64,000 bases of DNA from Camelus ferus. Its lineage: Eukaryota. Each line of letters starts with the position of its first letter. Positions within the stretch are counted from its first letter, which is position 1. The stretch is taken from contig NC_045696.1 in assembly GCF_009834535.1 (NCBI RefSeq), positions 110,858,001 to 110,922,000 on the forward strand. The letters run 5' to 3'. A program made the translations under genes and the position numbers. The notes under the pieces were generated by a model. It worked only from the letters and a program-made list of their open reading frames with translations, was not told where the DNA came from and did not search any database. This document shows, one piece after another, positions 25,364-39,470 of this stretch.

Positions 25364-28353
25364 TTTGCTATAGGTTAGAGACTGAGATCAGTTTTCTCTC
25401 TCTGCTAATTTCAAAGGAACACTTCTGAAAGCAAAACTGTATTGACAAAACAGGCAAACAAACGAAACCTTTTCTTGCTCACATATTTATTTACTAGACA
25501 ATCTCACAGACTTGTGCTGTGGCAGACACTCTGAATTGCAGGGTCTGATCCCTTTTGACAACCCACAAATGACCTTAAATGGGAAGCTGCTTCTTTTTGG
25601 CTGGTGGTGGCCTTTCCTCTCCAGTTTCCATGGAGACAAATCTGTGGAAATCATCTAAAAGCAACTATTTTAAAAGGCCGGATTTAAAATCCATACCCTG
25701 CTTTCGCTGATTTGACATCTGTTTTCATCAAAACTGAGATGGTAATCTTAAGACCAGTAAGCCGAGAATGAAATCAGTGGTTTATTTCCATTGCTGGAAA
25801 CCAAAATCGATCTTTGGGCACATAAGGTGACTAGGGTATTTACGTTACCTCGTAGTATAAGTCTTTATGTGTTATTGTTTAGGTCAAACTGCACAGCCAA
25901 CTTAAGCTCTGGATTTAACTCGATACTTAAGATTCGATTGTTTTTTAAATGAATGCTTTGAAAACCAGCATATAGCAACTTTAAAAAAACTAAACATCTG
26001 TCTCCTAGAAAATAGTTTGGTTGGAGCTCCTTCCGATTGTCATCTTAACAACCATACTTGTTGCCAAAAGATGTGGCTGGGAATAGCATTTTGCTATCTT
26101 CAGATGAAAAGTACACCGCTAACTGTCCTCAGGGAGACATGCTGCTGTTTGCAGCAGTGGTGACGGGTGAAGACAGAACCATCCATACCCTCCTACTTGG
26201 GGCTTCTGGTTCCTAACACAAGGATGGAAGATGAAATAGAATTCAAGATAAAGCTGTGTTTCTCAAGTGGGCTCATGTTTTGAGGGTTTGTAAATTCTAA
26301 GACAAGTTGTACATTTTGTGTGTTTATTTTGATGATATCTTTGAACATTTTACGTTAGCGTTTAGGGAAATCTCTTAAATAGTAATATGTCAAAATTACT
26401 TCTTTAAATAGAAAAAAAGATTATTTGAGTCACTGTCAGAGGGGGCCCTGTGGGCTACTGATGGTCTGCCAACATATTCTTGGAGATACTAGAAGGTGTA
26501 GTTTTTCAGAAAGAACCTGTATATTGTGCAAGAGTGAGAAGACTTACCATAAAATGTAAGAGATTTCACTTTTCTTTTGTTTGTTTGGTATAATAAAAAC
26601 AAATAAACACAAACCAAGCTTTTAGACACCTGATGTTTGAGGGACATCTTTTCTAGAATCAGTTTCTTCATCAGTAAAATTCAGGTAGCTTATGGGGCTG
26701 TTGTGATAAAGGAAATAAAGTATGTGAAGTGCTTATAAACTGCAAGGGGCTATATTACAGTCATGCTGGTGGTGGTGGTGTTTGCTCTAGAATAATAGTC
26801 GAGCTAGAAGACTCACTGGTGTGTTACTTAATGTCGTTAAGCTGTGACCTCCTAGGACATAGTACCTGCTTTGTAAGTTCACTGTTGGGACAAAGTGGCA
26901 TAATGCACAGAGTATTCATCGTGCCTGGCACATACCAGAAATAGGTGTTCGTATTGTATTCTTACTATGACAGTCCCTATATACATTACTATACTTAGGA
27001 TGCCATCTGCAATTAAACTATGCATGGCTATCATTCTGTGCAAAATTTAAAATTCTTCCGTGAAAACTTTAAAGATGGGGTGCTGTCCACAGTGAAAGAT
27101 ATCATCGCTTTCTCATATTGTCCTGGGTATGAATCTTAAGTTGACAGAATGTTGACTCATTCAAGAAAGTTTTTATGAGCATTAATTTAAGCCATCAGGA
27201 GCAGTAAAAGCGACTCTAAGTTAATCAGAGCCTTATCAACTTAAATGCGTAGCGAAGGTTTTAAGAGTCTGATGCTGACAGCTGCGAGAACTGGGGTAAG
27301 TCTCTCTGAAGGACCCCCTGGTGCTGTAGCAGACAGCGAGGTGTGTCAGAAAGGGCTGCTTTGACAGGTGGAATCACGCTGGGCAGCAACTAGAAAGAAG
27401 GTCCTGGGCCCACACTGCCCTTTGGTGTTTGATTTACAAAAGTGGCAACTTCTGGTGGGTAGCAGTAGGGAATTATCAAGTTCTAAAGGTGCCTCCAGGT
27501 ACTTTTCCATCCCCTCTCCACTCCAACCAGTGGCTTCCTACTATGTTATTAAATCAAACTCATCCTAATAGATACTAATTCATTTCTGTCCTTCTTGATA
27601 AGATTGTCCCTACAATTGGACCTCCCTCCAGCCGTGTGTACAGAAGCACTCTCAGGCTGGCCTCTGACTATGCACTACTGCAGATATGTGCTTCCTGGTC
27701 CAAAGTATCAGGTCCTTCAGAGCACGGGCCGTGCCCAGAGTGTTTAGCACTGTTCTGGGTGGGACACAAGCCCCGATACATCTGACAGAATGCATCCTTC
27801 CTGGTCAAGTCTGTTCTTTACAAAATTAAACTTATATGTGCAATTAAAGCATCATTTCGTTGTTATAGGGAAAGTAAATCTCAATAAAATGAAAGAACAG
27901 TAACGTAAGGAGAAAAAGCCTTTTGAAAGAGAACAGAGTAATATATTTCATCGTAGAATGAAAAACTATAACATCAAGCTGTGCTATTTGGAGTAAAATT
28001 TAAATTCTTACTTAGAATTGTTGAGTGACTATTGTTCCTGACCCTTAGTAATGCGTCCGGAGACTCACTGTGCATTGTTAACAATTTGCTTATGATGATT
28101 TTTGCATTTTATGCAGCTTCCTCCAGCTTTGCACCACAATTTGAAAAGAAGGGTAATAGAGTCAAGATATCCCTCTTCAGCCAGCAGAGTAACCCTTGTA
28201 GTTCAAAATCTGAAGTTCAAAAGGTACAGGATTCCACATACTGGAATTTTTCTTTGGCTCACAAAACACACCACAAGAATTACATTTTATGCCTCCTGTG
28301 CTTTGCAGACTCTATTTAAGCTCTGCCCTCTGCTGAGGGATATTATCAATGTT

Positions 28354-28727
28354 TGTCTTAGTCCATCTGGGCTGCTGTAGTGAAAATACCACAAACTGGG
28401 GAGTTTATAAAGAGCAGGATTTTATTGCTTATGGTTCTGGAGGCTGGAAGTCCAATATATCAAGGGTGCCAGTGTGGATGCGTAGGGTGAGGACCCTCTT
28501 CCGGACTGCAGGTTGCTGACTTCCTGCTTTATCCTTACACAGCAGAGGGGACAAGGGACACCTCCCAGACCTCTTTTTATGGATATTTTCAATGAGAACA
28601 CTTATATAAAGGGCTCCATCCTAATGACCTAATTACCTTTCAAAGGTCCCACCTCCTAATGCCATCACCTTTGGGGTTAGGTTTCAACCTACAAATGTGG
28701 GGGGAAACAAACATTCAGACCACAGCA
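28354..28727. mobile_element. MaLR solo LTR (MLT1A/MST-like)
   Basis: TG...CA termini: tgtcttagtccatctgggctgctgtag..aataccacaaactggg...ggttctggaggctggaagtcc...cattcagaccacagca. Confidence 0.85.
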
Positions 28728-31049
28728 CTGCTTAAGACACTAAATCAAGGATATGTCTTTGCCTCCAACTTTCTCACCTTTATTTCTGAAGCCGTCGTTC
28801 TCAGAAGACTCCTAGACAGTTCCTTCAGTACTATTGCATGTTTTCCTAAGAAGAAATGTTATTAAATATCTCTAACTTAAATAGACACTTGTATGCCCTT
28901 TGTAGAGAATTCTCTTCCAGTCTTTATTAGAATACTCTTCAGCAAGCTCCTAAATTGAGCTTTGCTGCTCTGAACAAGCCACTGGACCATCTGAGGCATG
29001 ATTCTTGTCACCTATGGTGGTGGAATGAACCACTTCTAAGGTTCTCTCCATCTTTGACATTCTACCGTCTCCTAGACTTTGGGTGCTGGTAAATATTTAT
29101 ACTCTTACATAAGGAACTATCCCATGAAGTGGTTAAGCCAACCAGACAGAAAGAAATGTGATTAATTCTGGCTAACACAACTTGGTGACAGGACACGCCT
29201 TTGACCTGGTTGGCAGCCATTTTTGATACAGGCCTTGGAGGCGGTCACCAGCTCCCATTCTCTCCTGGGAAGACCCAAGGCCCAAGCAGTTCGGGTCCAC
29301 TCATGTAAAGATGCTTGATTCCACTCCAATTTTATATATTTTTAAAAAGTTACATCATATACTTAAACTATGGCACAGCCATGCTGCCAATGAATTTTTA
29401 CTCTGAGGTTTATTTTCCGTTAACATATCCAGTATTAAGCAGGAATTTACTCATTATTCTGGTAACATATGGGCTCTTTGATAAGAAATGCACACAGCAT
29501 GTTTTTGCTTTGTTGCCTTAGATCAGTGGTGTCTGCACACACACACAAATAGGAGACTGGGGAAGAAAATACAGCTGCAGGTAAACAATCTCATCATAAA
29601 CCCCACTTTATCAGAGATCAGGGAGACTTCACGGGTTGTGTTGGCAGATAAGGCCAGGAAACAAAGCTCGGGGAGATGCAAACAGTGGTGGAAGAGATTT
29701 CAGATATTTGTTTTATGATATCCACATATTGCATCATGAATACTGATAGGTGTATTTCAAAAAGATGGAATTTCGAATCTCCTGTGAAAACGTGACATGT
29801 TGCTAGGGTTTATATTCTCATTAAAGTAATATTCACAATAATCCAGTTTGTACACATGTTTGTTTTAACAGAAATCCTACTTTATGAGATGGAAATGCCT
29901 GCTGCACACCGAAGCACAGAGGTGCCTGTGACTTCCACGCTCTGAGATCCCAGCAGTGCCCTCTTTTGTGATTTGGGTTTTCAATTTTGTATCCTTTCCT
30001 TGGTGTCCTTCTTTTCTCTCCTGGTAGAAAAGGGATTTCCTTTTGTTAAGTTGTGCCCCCCACCCCCCAGCCTGGTCTGCCTCCTCTGTGTTGGAGCAGC
30101 ACCGCTCACAGAGCACCTACCCTCTGTTCTTGGTCTGGGGCATTCAGGGAGCTCAAGTGAGGGAACCCCAGGGGGCATCGATTCATCTTTACTTTCAACT
30201 TGGTTGAGAGGCAGATTAAATTAACCTATGAAGAATGCTGTGGTCCCCTTGTCTGACATTTTAAGCTTGTGGTGGTTCATACCCTTACAAAGTGTACCGT
30301 ACAACTAGGGAGGCAGGGCTCACCTCCTATGAGATACACTTCAATCACGTTTCCACTTATATTGTTGTGTTTTAAATGGCTTTTCATTCAAGTAGCCTTG
30401 CATTTCTGTTTCCCCCAAGGCAGCGAGTGTGTCTTGTTCATCTTTGATTCCCTAGGGTCGTACACAGTGCCTGGTAGATGCCTAATGGATAACTGTTGAA
30501 TATAAAATAAATTATACATATATACATATATTTTTTTCTGTATAACACATCCTATAGGGGTTCTATCCTTTACTGGTGTATAAATAGTGACATATTCATA
30601 GCTTTCTCCATGAAAAGAAAGAAGCCCACTTCTCCCCAGTCTAAACCACGAGAAGAGTTTGTGAACTGTTTTTCCCCCTTTCTAGTGTAACCTTTAGGTT
30701 TCTGTTCAGAAGTGGCTCTTCCATCCCCCGGGCGATCACAGAGGAGGGGCCCCTTGGCCTTCGGCTGACGCGGTGGGAGAAGTGGTAAAAGCACGCAAAG
30801 TGCACTTGGTTCCCACCTCTGCCTCTGAGGCTCTCCCTGAAATCTGGGGCCTCCGTGTCTGCAGTTTGCGGGCATCTCCATGGGATGATTTTGCCTTATT
30901 TATTTTGCCCTGAGACCCAGCAGGAGGCACAACTGGGTCAGAACATGGAAGAGCCCTTTCCTAAGAAATGAAGCTCTTCATTTATGACTCACCTAAGGTG
31001 CCTTCAGTCCTGTCTGCTCAACCTTGACTAGAGCTGCAGGGGATATGAG

Positions 31050-32745
31050 GCATCTGAGTAACTGTATAGATATCTTTGAGAACTAGGATTTTCAGCAGGG
31101 GGGAAAGGAGAAACCGAAACAAGATAGAAGATATCAATTCAAATTAGAATCGGAAGTGTCAATATGAATGAGTATAAATTTATGATAAATCTTATATTTT
31201 AAAAATATGCATATTTTCTAATACTTTCACTAAAATGGTCTAGAAACCAAGCAATCAGCAATGAACTCCCTTTGCACCAATGGCTTTTGAAATATAGTGG
31301 ATTGCAGGTCAAGAACAGGAACTGAAGGAGACTAGGCTGGACTATCTTAACACAATTGATCACATGGCAGGGATGCTGTCAGGACACAGAGGGTGTGTCA
31401 AGGGACTCGGGAGTCAACTTAAAGAGGCTCCCACTGACTGTTTATTGAATAACCAGAGAGCCAATAAGAATAATAACCACAACAGATTGAAAACATTAAC
31501 TACTGTTTAAATCCAAGAGTTCGTGACAGTAAGAAAAAAAGTCCTCCACTGGTTACCGTTGGAAGATGCTAAGTGACCAACTTGTTATTTTGAAAAGTGT
31601 TTACAGAAAGAATCAAACATTTATTCTGCCTTTCCCTCATGAATTCTACCCCAGAGTAACCAAATCAATGAGGGGGAAGTTTCTCATTATAGAAGTACTT
31701 CAGCTAATTAAGTACCAGAGGAATAAAAAAGTTTTCCATTTTGCAGCCCCTCAATGAAATACTGGATCTAGACATGGTCACTAGTGGCTGCTAACGTCAC
31801 AGAAAGAGGGACAACCAGACATTGCATGCCTCCTGATGGAAGTACACAGCACTGTCTGTGAAGTGTATGTGCTCAACGCTTGAATCTGCATCTGATCAGG
31901 CTCTAAGATTAGAGGTAGGCAAATTATAGTCCTCAAGCCAATTAGGCCTGCTGTCTGTATTTGTAAATAAAGTTTTATTGAAAGACAACCACACGCATCC
32001 ACTCGCATATCGTCCACAGTTGCTTTAGCTTTATAGATACAGGTGAATATCTGCGACAAAAACCCTGTGGCCTGCAGATCCAAAAATATTATGGGAACCT
32101 TTACAGAAAATGCTGGCCAGTTCCTGCTCTAGGTCTCGCTAGCCATTTGTAGCAAATACAGGGAACGAGAGAGTGACGCCATGGAGACAATCAGCAAAAT
32201 CCAGGCTGGAAATTCTATAGGAAAATTACCTTGTTTCTTCAATAAATAAATTGCAGGGAGAGGAGGGAAGTGGAGGGCAGGGGAGGGGAACGGAGGGGAG
32301 GAAAGGGAGGGGGAGAGGAGGGAAGAGGAAAAGTTACCAGTCACTTACGATATATGAACTTATTTCTTCCTGACTTAGGAGAAGGAACTCTAAAAAAAGT
32401 TTAAAATATGTATTCAGGAGACAATCAAGGAAATTTAAACATTACCTGTATATTTGATTACATTAAGGAATTGATTTCTTTTAGGTGAGATGCTTGTATT
32501 ATGATTTCACTTTAAAAAAATAAATTCAAATTTTTAGTCATCTGAACATATGGATGACATGAAGGCATGTAGGGGATTTTCTGTCCAATTCCCAGGGGTA
32601 AGATGAGGTAGGGAGGGAAATGGAAGAGAGAGAAAAATGAAGCAAGATTGGCCATGTATAACCTGGATAATGGGTGAATGAAGTTCATTACGCTGTTCTT
32701 TCTAATTTTGTAAATATTCGAAGTTGTTTTATAATAAAAAAATTT
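31050..32745 (+). mobile_element. Old LINE-1 (L1ME/MC-like) 3' region, interrupted by MER58
   Basis: Old L1 3'UTR text, ending 'gaagcaagattggcc...gttcatta...ctaattttgtaaatattcgaag...ataataaaaaa'. Confidence 0.6.
31908..32132. mobile_element. MER58A-like hAT DNA transposon
   Basis: 'gtaggcaaattatagtcc...tttgtaaataaagttttattg...cctttacagaaaatgctggccagttcctgctctag', with ctcta(a/g) target-like flanks. Confidence 0.8.
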
Positions 32746-32771
32746 TTTTAAATGGGGGAAGCAATTTTAGA

Positions 32772-32869
32772 TTAATTTTTTAATTTTTTTAAAACACAGG
32801 TACTAAGAATTGAACGTAGGACCTGGTGCATGCGAGGCATGCACCTTACAGCTGAGCCATTCCCTCCCC
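32772..32869 (-). mobile_element. tRNA-derived SINE (camelid vic-1-like)
   Basis: Reverse complement: ggggagggaaTGGCTCAGCTGtaag...tcctacGTTCAATTCttagtacc plus an A-rich tail, i.e. Pol III A and B boxes. Partial TSD aagca[a/g]tttt. Confidence 0.75.
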
Positions 32870-33257
32870 ACCAATGAAAAGCAGTTTTTATTTTTTGCCC
32901 AGTATTGATGCCAGGCTCCTTCCAGAACAATCTCTGTGTGTGAGCATTTTGAAAACAGCTCTCCTGGCAAGGCGGCCACTTAGGACTGGACAGGTTACGT
33001 CCCACCCAGGAGCACGTGGATGAAGGGGACGACTGGGGCGGCACCATCTAGGGGAAGCGGTGACTTTTCTAATTTGCACAAAGGCGTACAGTATGGGCTA
33101 GTCGCAGCCTTGATGCCAGGTGGTCCTAGATTGGAGTCAGGGCTGAGAATCATTGAATGATTCAGTTGCAGTGTCATTTGGACCAAGGACTAAAACAGAC
33201 AGAAGAATCTAGACCCAGGTGAGAAGCAGTTGTCTTCCGAAGCACGCAGAGGTGCCA

Positions 33258-33445
33258 GGCGTTCTCAGCCCTGGCCGTTGAGCGCCCTGGAGCTCTCACG
33301 TTAGAATCACCAGGAGCTGTTAAACGTTCTGATGCTCAGGCCACCTACCCCATCAGTTAAATCAGAATCCCGGGGGCTTGGATCCAAGGATCAGTTTTGG
33401 AAACTCCCACGTGATTCCAATGTGCAGCCAAGGTTGAGAGCCAGG
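33258..33445. mobile_element. MER5A-like DNA transposon
   Basis: 'gttctcagccctggc...ttagaatcacc..gagct...aatcagaatc...gtgattccaatgtgcagccaaggttgagagcc'. Confidence 0.8.
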
Positions 33446-35379
33446 GGCCTGGCAGGATCTCAGTCAGCTGGGGGTCCTGTTGACAGGATTAGGATTGAGC
33501 AGGGCTGGGCAAGGATGGAGAGCCCGCTCTTTCCTCAGCTCCCAGGCTGATCCAGGGACACCCCCTGAGCAGCAAGGCCGTAGGAGGCAGTGCCTGCACA
33601 CTGCAAAATTAGGGCATGTCTGGCAGGCTTGAGACATTTTTTTTCTTCAGAAAGACAAGCCATCTAGTAGGAATTGCATCCTGGGCCCAAGATTCTGCAT
33701 TTCCCTCCAACTCCCAGATGCGGCTGATCCTCTGTTCTGCAGACCACACTGAGGAAGGAGGCCTAGGAAACCTGGTGACGTTTTCTGTGTTATGGGGTAG
33801 GTTAACCACAGCTGCGTCCTGTAGGCCTGCGCCTTCCTGGCATTTATCTTCGGTTTCCAATCTGCACTTCACCTCAGACCAGCAAGGTCAATTTCCCTTA
33901 TACAGGAGCTGGCGGCTGAATTCCTCACTCTAGGTTCTAGGTTCTTTGCTAGGCAGTAGGTGCCCCTCTCCTCAGACTTTAGTTAATGACACTTTATGCA
34001 CATAATAACTATACCTCACATTTCCTAGCCCTCCTCAGGGCCCTGTGGAAGCATCACAAATCAGCAGTTGACCAGTTTGGACCAAGTGGAGAAGCTCCCA
34101 CAACAGGGCTCTCCTGCCCAGCAGGGTCGGACCGTCATTCATCTGCCTCAACACGGCCTTCAGTGTCTGAGCCGAGATCCCGGAGGACTAGCTCCTGGTT
34201 GTGATTATCAGAGAAGAGTGCATTTCCAGCCTTCTTTTAGTTGTAGACTTCTTTGTTAGAAACACAGTCCTTGGTGGAAACGTAAACATCACCACAGCAA
34301 GGCTACTTACTTCTGGGAGGAAAGAGGTTCTTAGTGGGGATGTGGGTCCCTGGAGCTGGGTCTGTAAGAACAGAGTGTGGGTGCTGGACATTTCTGTTAA
34401 CAAAGTGGCCTGAACAAACCTAATACAAACTAATAGAAAGGCGTCGTAGGTTAGAAAAGATGAGAAACAAAGCACTATTTTGTCTTGATTCAGTCAAGAG
34501 GAACAAGGAATTTTTAATTTAAAAAGATCAGAGGATTGGTGAGTGAAATGTGATGAAAAATGTTGAAGCTTTTCTCACTTCTGACACCTGAGTTCATTTA
34601 TTTTGGCTTCACTTCCTTCAGAGTCCTGCCTCGGTTGATAATAATTTATGCAGTTGTTCTACGGCAAAGATTAATTTACAACATGGAGAAGAAGGTATAG
34701 TTTGGGGCAATTTAATGAAGATTACACGTGTAGTTGCTCGTTGTTCTCTTCTATTTAATTTTTGCCTAAAAAGCACTATATTCTCAGTTGATCATTAAAG
34801 TGCTAAAATCAAATTTTTTTTTTTAGTGGGAGGGGTAGTAATAGTGATATAATCTTTTCTCTTTAATGTTTACTTGGCTTGTTTAGTTCAAAAGTGTGTA
34901 CAGTTATTTGCTTAGAGTTAGGGATGTTTAATCCGAGCAGAAGAGCTCTTTTATGTCAGTTCAGAAGGAGGGTCTTACACATTCTTCCAAACAGAACATA
35001 CACGCCCAAGATGGGAGGTTCGCCTCTCAGCCCAATGTTCATGAGCCCTGAGAAGGCCCTGCAGCGCTGCCCTGGGATGGCTGAGCCGCCCCTTGGCCTC
35101 AGCCAGCCGGAGAGGCCATGCTTTGAAAGATTCTGTTGTTATCACCCATATTTCCACCTACAGGGTGAACACTCCCTTTGCCATCTGTACGTCCAGAATT
35201 AAACCAGCCGCTTCCTTCCTTTCTTTGTCCACATTGAAGATCACTGGAATCATCGGTTTTCCTTCTGCTCTTCAAACCTTGCTGTCACTTTCAACTGTTC
35301 CACTTTATCTCTTGCATCTCCTAAGTCATTAACAGCTTGCTGGGGGGGCAGGGCGGGATCTTCATAGTGAGGCAGTCTT

Positions 35380-35585
35380 GCTTGGCCTTTGATGTTGTAG
35401 CCCTGGGCTCTAGCCCTGGTCCTGCCACTTATGAGCTATGCTCCTTGAGCAAATTACTTCTCAGGTTCCTCTCCTATAAAATGGGGATAATGCCCACCTT
35501 AGTGGGTAGTTGTAAGAACCAAGTAGAATAGCAATGTATCTCGGATGTAGTAAGCAGTCAATGACCATAGGTGCTATTTTTGTTA
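35380..35585 (+). mobile_element. MIR SINE
   Basis: MIR core 'ctgccacttatgagctatg..ccttgagcaaattactt...ttcctctcctataaaatggggataat'. Confidence 0.75.
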
Positions 35586-36852
35586 TTAAGTAAGACTATG
35601 TGATCTTCCATAGCCATTCCTTCCTTCTGGTTACCAGCCAGTCCAAGCTCTTAGCACCTCTCTCTGGCATTAGCATCACACTTCACTGCAATCCATTTTG
35701 CCAGTCCTTTGACAGTGCTCCTGAACACTGGCTCCCAGTTTCCTGCCTCACCATCTAACTCTGAGTCCAGCTGACTAGGCCTTTGTTATTTGCAGGTCCC
35801 TCCTCATGGTCTGTCTGTATTCACCCTGAGGTCCCAGCCCCACTCAGACTGTTATGTATATAGCATCCAGGGTGATTCATGCAAAACGGAGGTCTGATCA
35901 TGTCTCAGACACACACACTCTTGGTATAAAATGTCCAAATCCTCACCACGGTGTTCACAGTCCTGTTTGGTCAAAGCCCTGAGTCTCTGTCCCCCCTCAC
36001 CTCAAACCACTCTTGCCCTTCGCTGTCTCTACCCTGGCCACCGCGCCCATCTACCATGCGCTTCCTCCCTGGTCTGCACTCACTTTCTTCTGCCTGTAAC
36101 GTTCTTCTCACTCCATCCTTTACTCACTCTTACACATTTTTTTGGCTCTCAGCATTAAAGTCATTTTGGTGGGGGAGGCCTTCCTATCTATGTTAAATCT
36201 ATCTGTGACCTCCTAGAAACACAGACCTATCCTTCAAAATATTTGGCTGATTTGCAATTTTACATATATCCAGGGGAATATTTCACAGATATGTTTCTCC
36301 CTTATTAGGCAGTAAGCTCCAATAATACAATTTTTGGCCATCATTGTTTTTTTGTTTTCATTGTTGGGATCTGTGCATGGCATATAATAATTGATTAAAA
36401 AATACTCACTGAATTAATGAATACCACTTGCCTTCTTCTCTTCAACCTAAATCCCCATGCCTCCATAACATAGACTAATGTCATAGCCCTTCATCACTTT
36501 GCTGTTAATAGGCAATGCCCAGCCTAGGCCCTCAAGTTCCTCTTACCTGGAATGTCTAATTGGCTTCCTTGCTTTCACTCAGATCCAGCCTTTGAGGTTT
36601 GGCTCCACTATGTCTTCTGCAGAGCTTCTAAAAAACCATGCTGGTCTTCATGAAGCATCCTTCTTTGTGTAAGTTTAGATTTCAGCATTTCATTTCATAC
36701 TCCATTGTCCTGTTGTTTCACATACATCAGCTTGTTTTGGCAAGTTGCATGTCTCATGGAGGCCAGGTAATTTATGTGTCCTCCATGGAGCCCAACATGG
36801 TGCTAATAAATGGAAGAGATCCTCAGTGTATGTGGATTGAAAATATTTTCAT

Positions 36853-37478
36853 TTTATTTCCCTTTTTTTAAATTGAAGTATAGTCAGTTACAATGTGTCA
36901 ATTTCTGGTGTACAGCATAATGTTTCAGTTATACATATGCATACATATATTCGTTTTCATACTCTTTTTCATTATAAGTTACTATAAGATATTAAATATA
37001 GTTCCCTGTGCTATACAGTAGAAACTTATCATTTATCTATTTTATATCTAGTAGTTAATATTTGCAAATCTCAAACTCCCAATTATCCCTCCCTACCCCT
37101 TTTCCCCCTGGTAACTATAGATTGTTTACTCTGTCTGTGAGTCTGTTTCTGTTTTGTAGATGAGTTCATTAGTGTCTTCTTTTTTCTTTTTTTTTAGATT
37201 CCACATATGCGAGTATCATATGGTATTTTTCTTTCACTTTCTGGCTTATTTCACTTAAAATGACAATCTCCAGGTCCATTCATGTTGCTGCAAATGGCAC
37301 TATTTTATTCTTTTTTATGGCTGAGTAGTGTTCTGTTGTATAGATATACCACAACTTCTTAAGCCAGTCATTTATTGATGGACATTTAAGCTGTTTCCAT
37401 GTCATGGCTATTGCATATAGTGCTGCTATGAACACTGGGGTGTATGTATCTTTTCAAATTAGAGTTTCCTCTGGATAT
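36853..37478 (-). mobile_element. 5'-truncated LINE-1 3' end
   Basis: TSD attgaaaa[ta/gg]ttttcat at 36836 and 37479. 3'UTR and ORF2 tail match the 3.7-kb copy. Confidence 0.9.
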
Positions 37479-38163
37479 ATTGAAAAGGTTTTCATCTCTA
37501 ATTTCCAAAGCCTGCTCAGGTCACAACACATAGTAAGGGGCAAAAAGATTTGCTAAAATAGTATGTACATCAAAAACTCAATTGTAAAAAGAAGTTCTGG
37601 AAAGGTCTGAGAATAAAAAATAAATGTATCTGGGGCTCAGACACAAGACTAAGGAATTCTTGTCTTTGGCTTTTTCCATGGGCTCATTGCTCTGAGCATT
37701 CACATTCCTTTTAGGCTAACGGAGACTGCTGGTGTGACACGGGCACTGGAAGCTTCAAACACTCCTGTCTTCAAGGTTCCAATCAGTGAAGTAAAACAAA
37801 ATGACAACCTGCAGAATGGGAAAAAATATTTGCAAAAGATGATACACTGAAAAAGGATGATGATTTGGGATAACTTATTCTGTTGAATAAATGGAATTAA
37901 GTCTTCTTCCACCTGATACAAGTAACATGTGGGTGTTCCATGCCCACGCCATTATTTTTCTATCCATTTTTACTTTTGCTCTCATAAAGTTATGTAGAGT
38001 TTTTTTTTTTTCTCATGTTACCAAAACATTGTCTAACTTGTTTTCACTGTAATTTGCCTGCCTCCAATTTATAAGTTCTTTTGAAAGGAATAAATCTGTA
38101 TACGAAGGATTGAAAACCACAGGGCTCTAAATCTTCTGTGCAGAGGTAGAGAAACGGAAAACC

Positions 38164-38630
38164 TGTTACCGAAGATGAGTCCATGTGCGTGACGCACCGG
38201 GAGGCCAAACAAACTGAAACGTTGGAGTTTGGAGCAGAGAAAGGTTTACTGCAGGGCTGAGCAAGGAGGATGGGGTGGCTGGTGTCCAGGAAAACACTGA
38301 ACTCCCCAAAGGGTTTCAGCAAAGCGTATTTAAAGGCCAGGTGAGGGAGGGGGTGTCACGGATACGTGATCAGGTCGTGCACAATCCTCTGATTGGTTGA
38401 TGTTGAGGTAACAGGACTATCAACCCCTAGGCCCCAAAGATCTGGGGACCATGTGCTCTTGATCATCAAGTAGTCAATTTCTTCCCTTTAGTGGTGGTTT
38501 TAAGCATCTGAAAAACTCAAGAAATATACATGAGATACTGTTACCTGGGTACTGCAGAGAGGAGCTGCAGCAGAGGATACAGGGGAGAGATCTGTCCTGG
38601 GGAGACCCCACAGGGTCCTGCTTGGTTACA
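38164..38630 (-). mobile_element. ERV solo LTR (ERV1-like)
   Basis: TG...CA termini (tgttaccgaag...ggttaca) with aacc/aaca flanks. CCAAT (gattgg) and a polyA-like signal on the minus strand; retains CpGs. Confidence 0.75.
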
Positions 38631-39234
38631 AACACACACAGAGGGCTCATGTCATTTGCTTACTGAGTGTAAAACAAGATGAAGTTTTGCTTGCTCTGTT
38701 TCAGTTATCTGGGATTTCCAGGATCAACTGAGCCCAAAATTTTCGCAGCAAATTACCATTTCATTGGTGGCAACAGCCTGTCCCCAAATGACCCAACAGG
38801 TAATGTCTTCAACACAGGAAATCTGGCTTTCACAAAGAAACAGATGGTTTGGATCAACAGCCATGCTTAAAAGCTTATCTTTAATTTAAAAGGAAAAGAA
38901 CTTATTTTAATTACTGATGGCAGTAGTTGGAAAAGACATACGGTAGGAACATAGAAATTCCCTGAGATTTGTTTTCACACTTGTGACAGCTTCCTTAATC
39001 TTTATTAATACCACCAACAAACAGCAGAATCTGTGTGTGTAAATTGTATTTCCTTTCAGTTTCTTCTTGCTTATCTAATGATGCGGGAATCAAATGCCCC
39101 AAAGCATCCAGGGAGATTAAAAAAAGCAGAAATGAAGAGTTTGAATAAAACAGAAAATTTGAAATTTGCCTGAAGAATCCACATCAGACATATTTAATCC
39201 TTTTCCTCTTTTTTCTGCATAAAATCTCACATGG

Positions 39235-39470
39235 GGAGGCAGTATGGCATAGGGATTAAAAGTGCATGTGCTGTAAACCTGGATTCCTAGATTCGTATCT
39301 TGGCTCAAGCACTTGGTAGCTGACCTGGGCAAATCATTTGAGCTTGCTGAACCCCAGTTCAATAGGGATAAAAATGGTACCTGCATCTTAGGGTTATAGC
39401 AAGGATCAGCGTAAATCTATAAAAAATACTTAGCCGTTAGTAGGGACTCAGTGAAGGTGCTCTGCCTGTG
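39235..39470 (+). mobile_element. MIR SINE
   Basis: 'aggcagtatggcatagggattaaaag...cctggattc...tgacctgggcaaatcatttgagc'. Confidence 0.7.

Noticed and set aside
32772..32869. tRNA gene
   Set aside because: It has A/B boxes but also an A-rich tail, a partial TSD and no clean cloverleaf, so it is a SINE.
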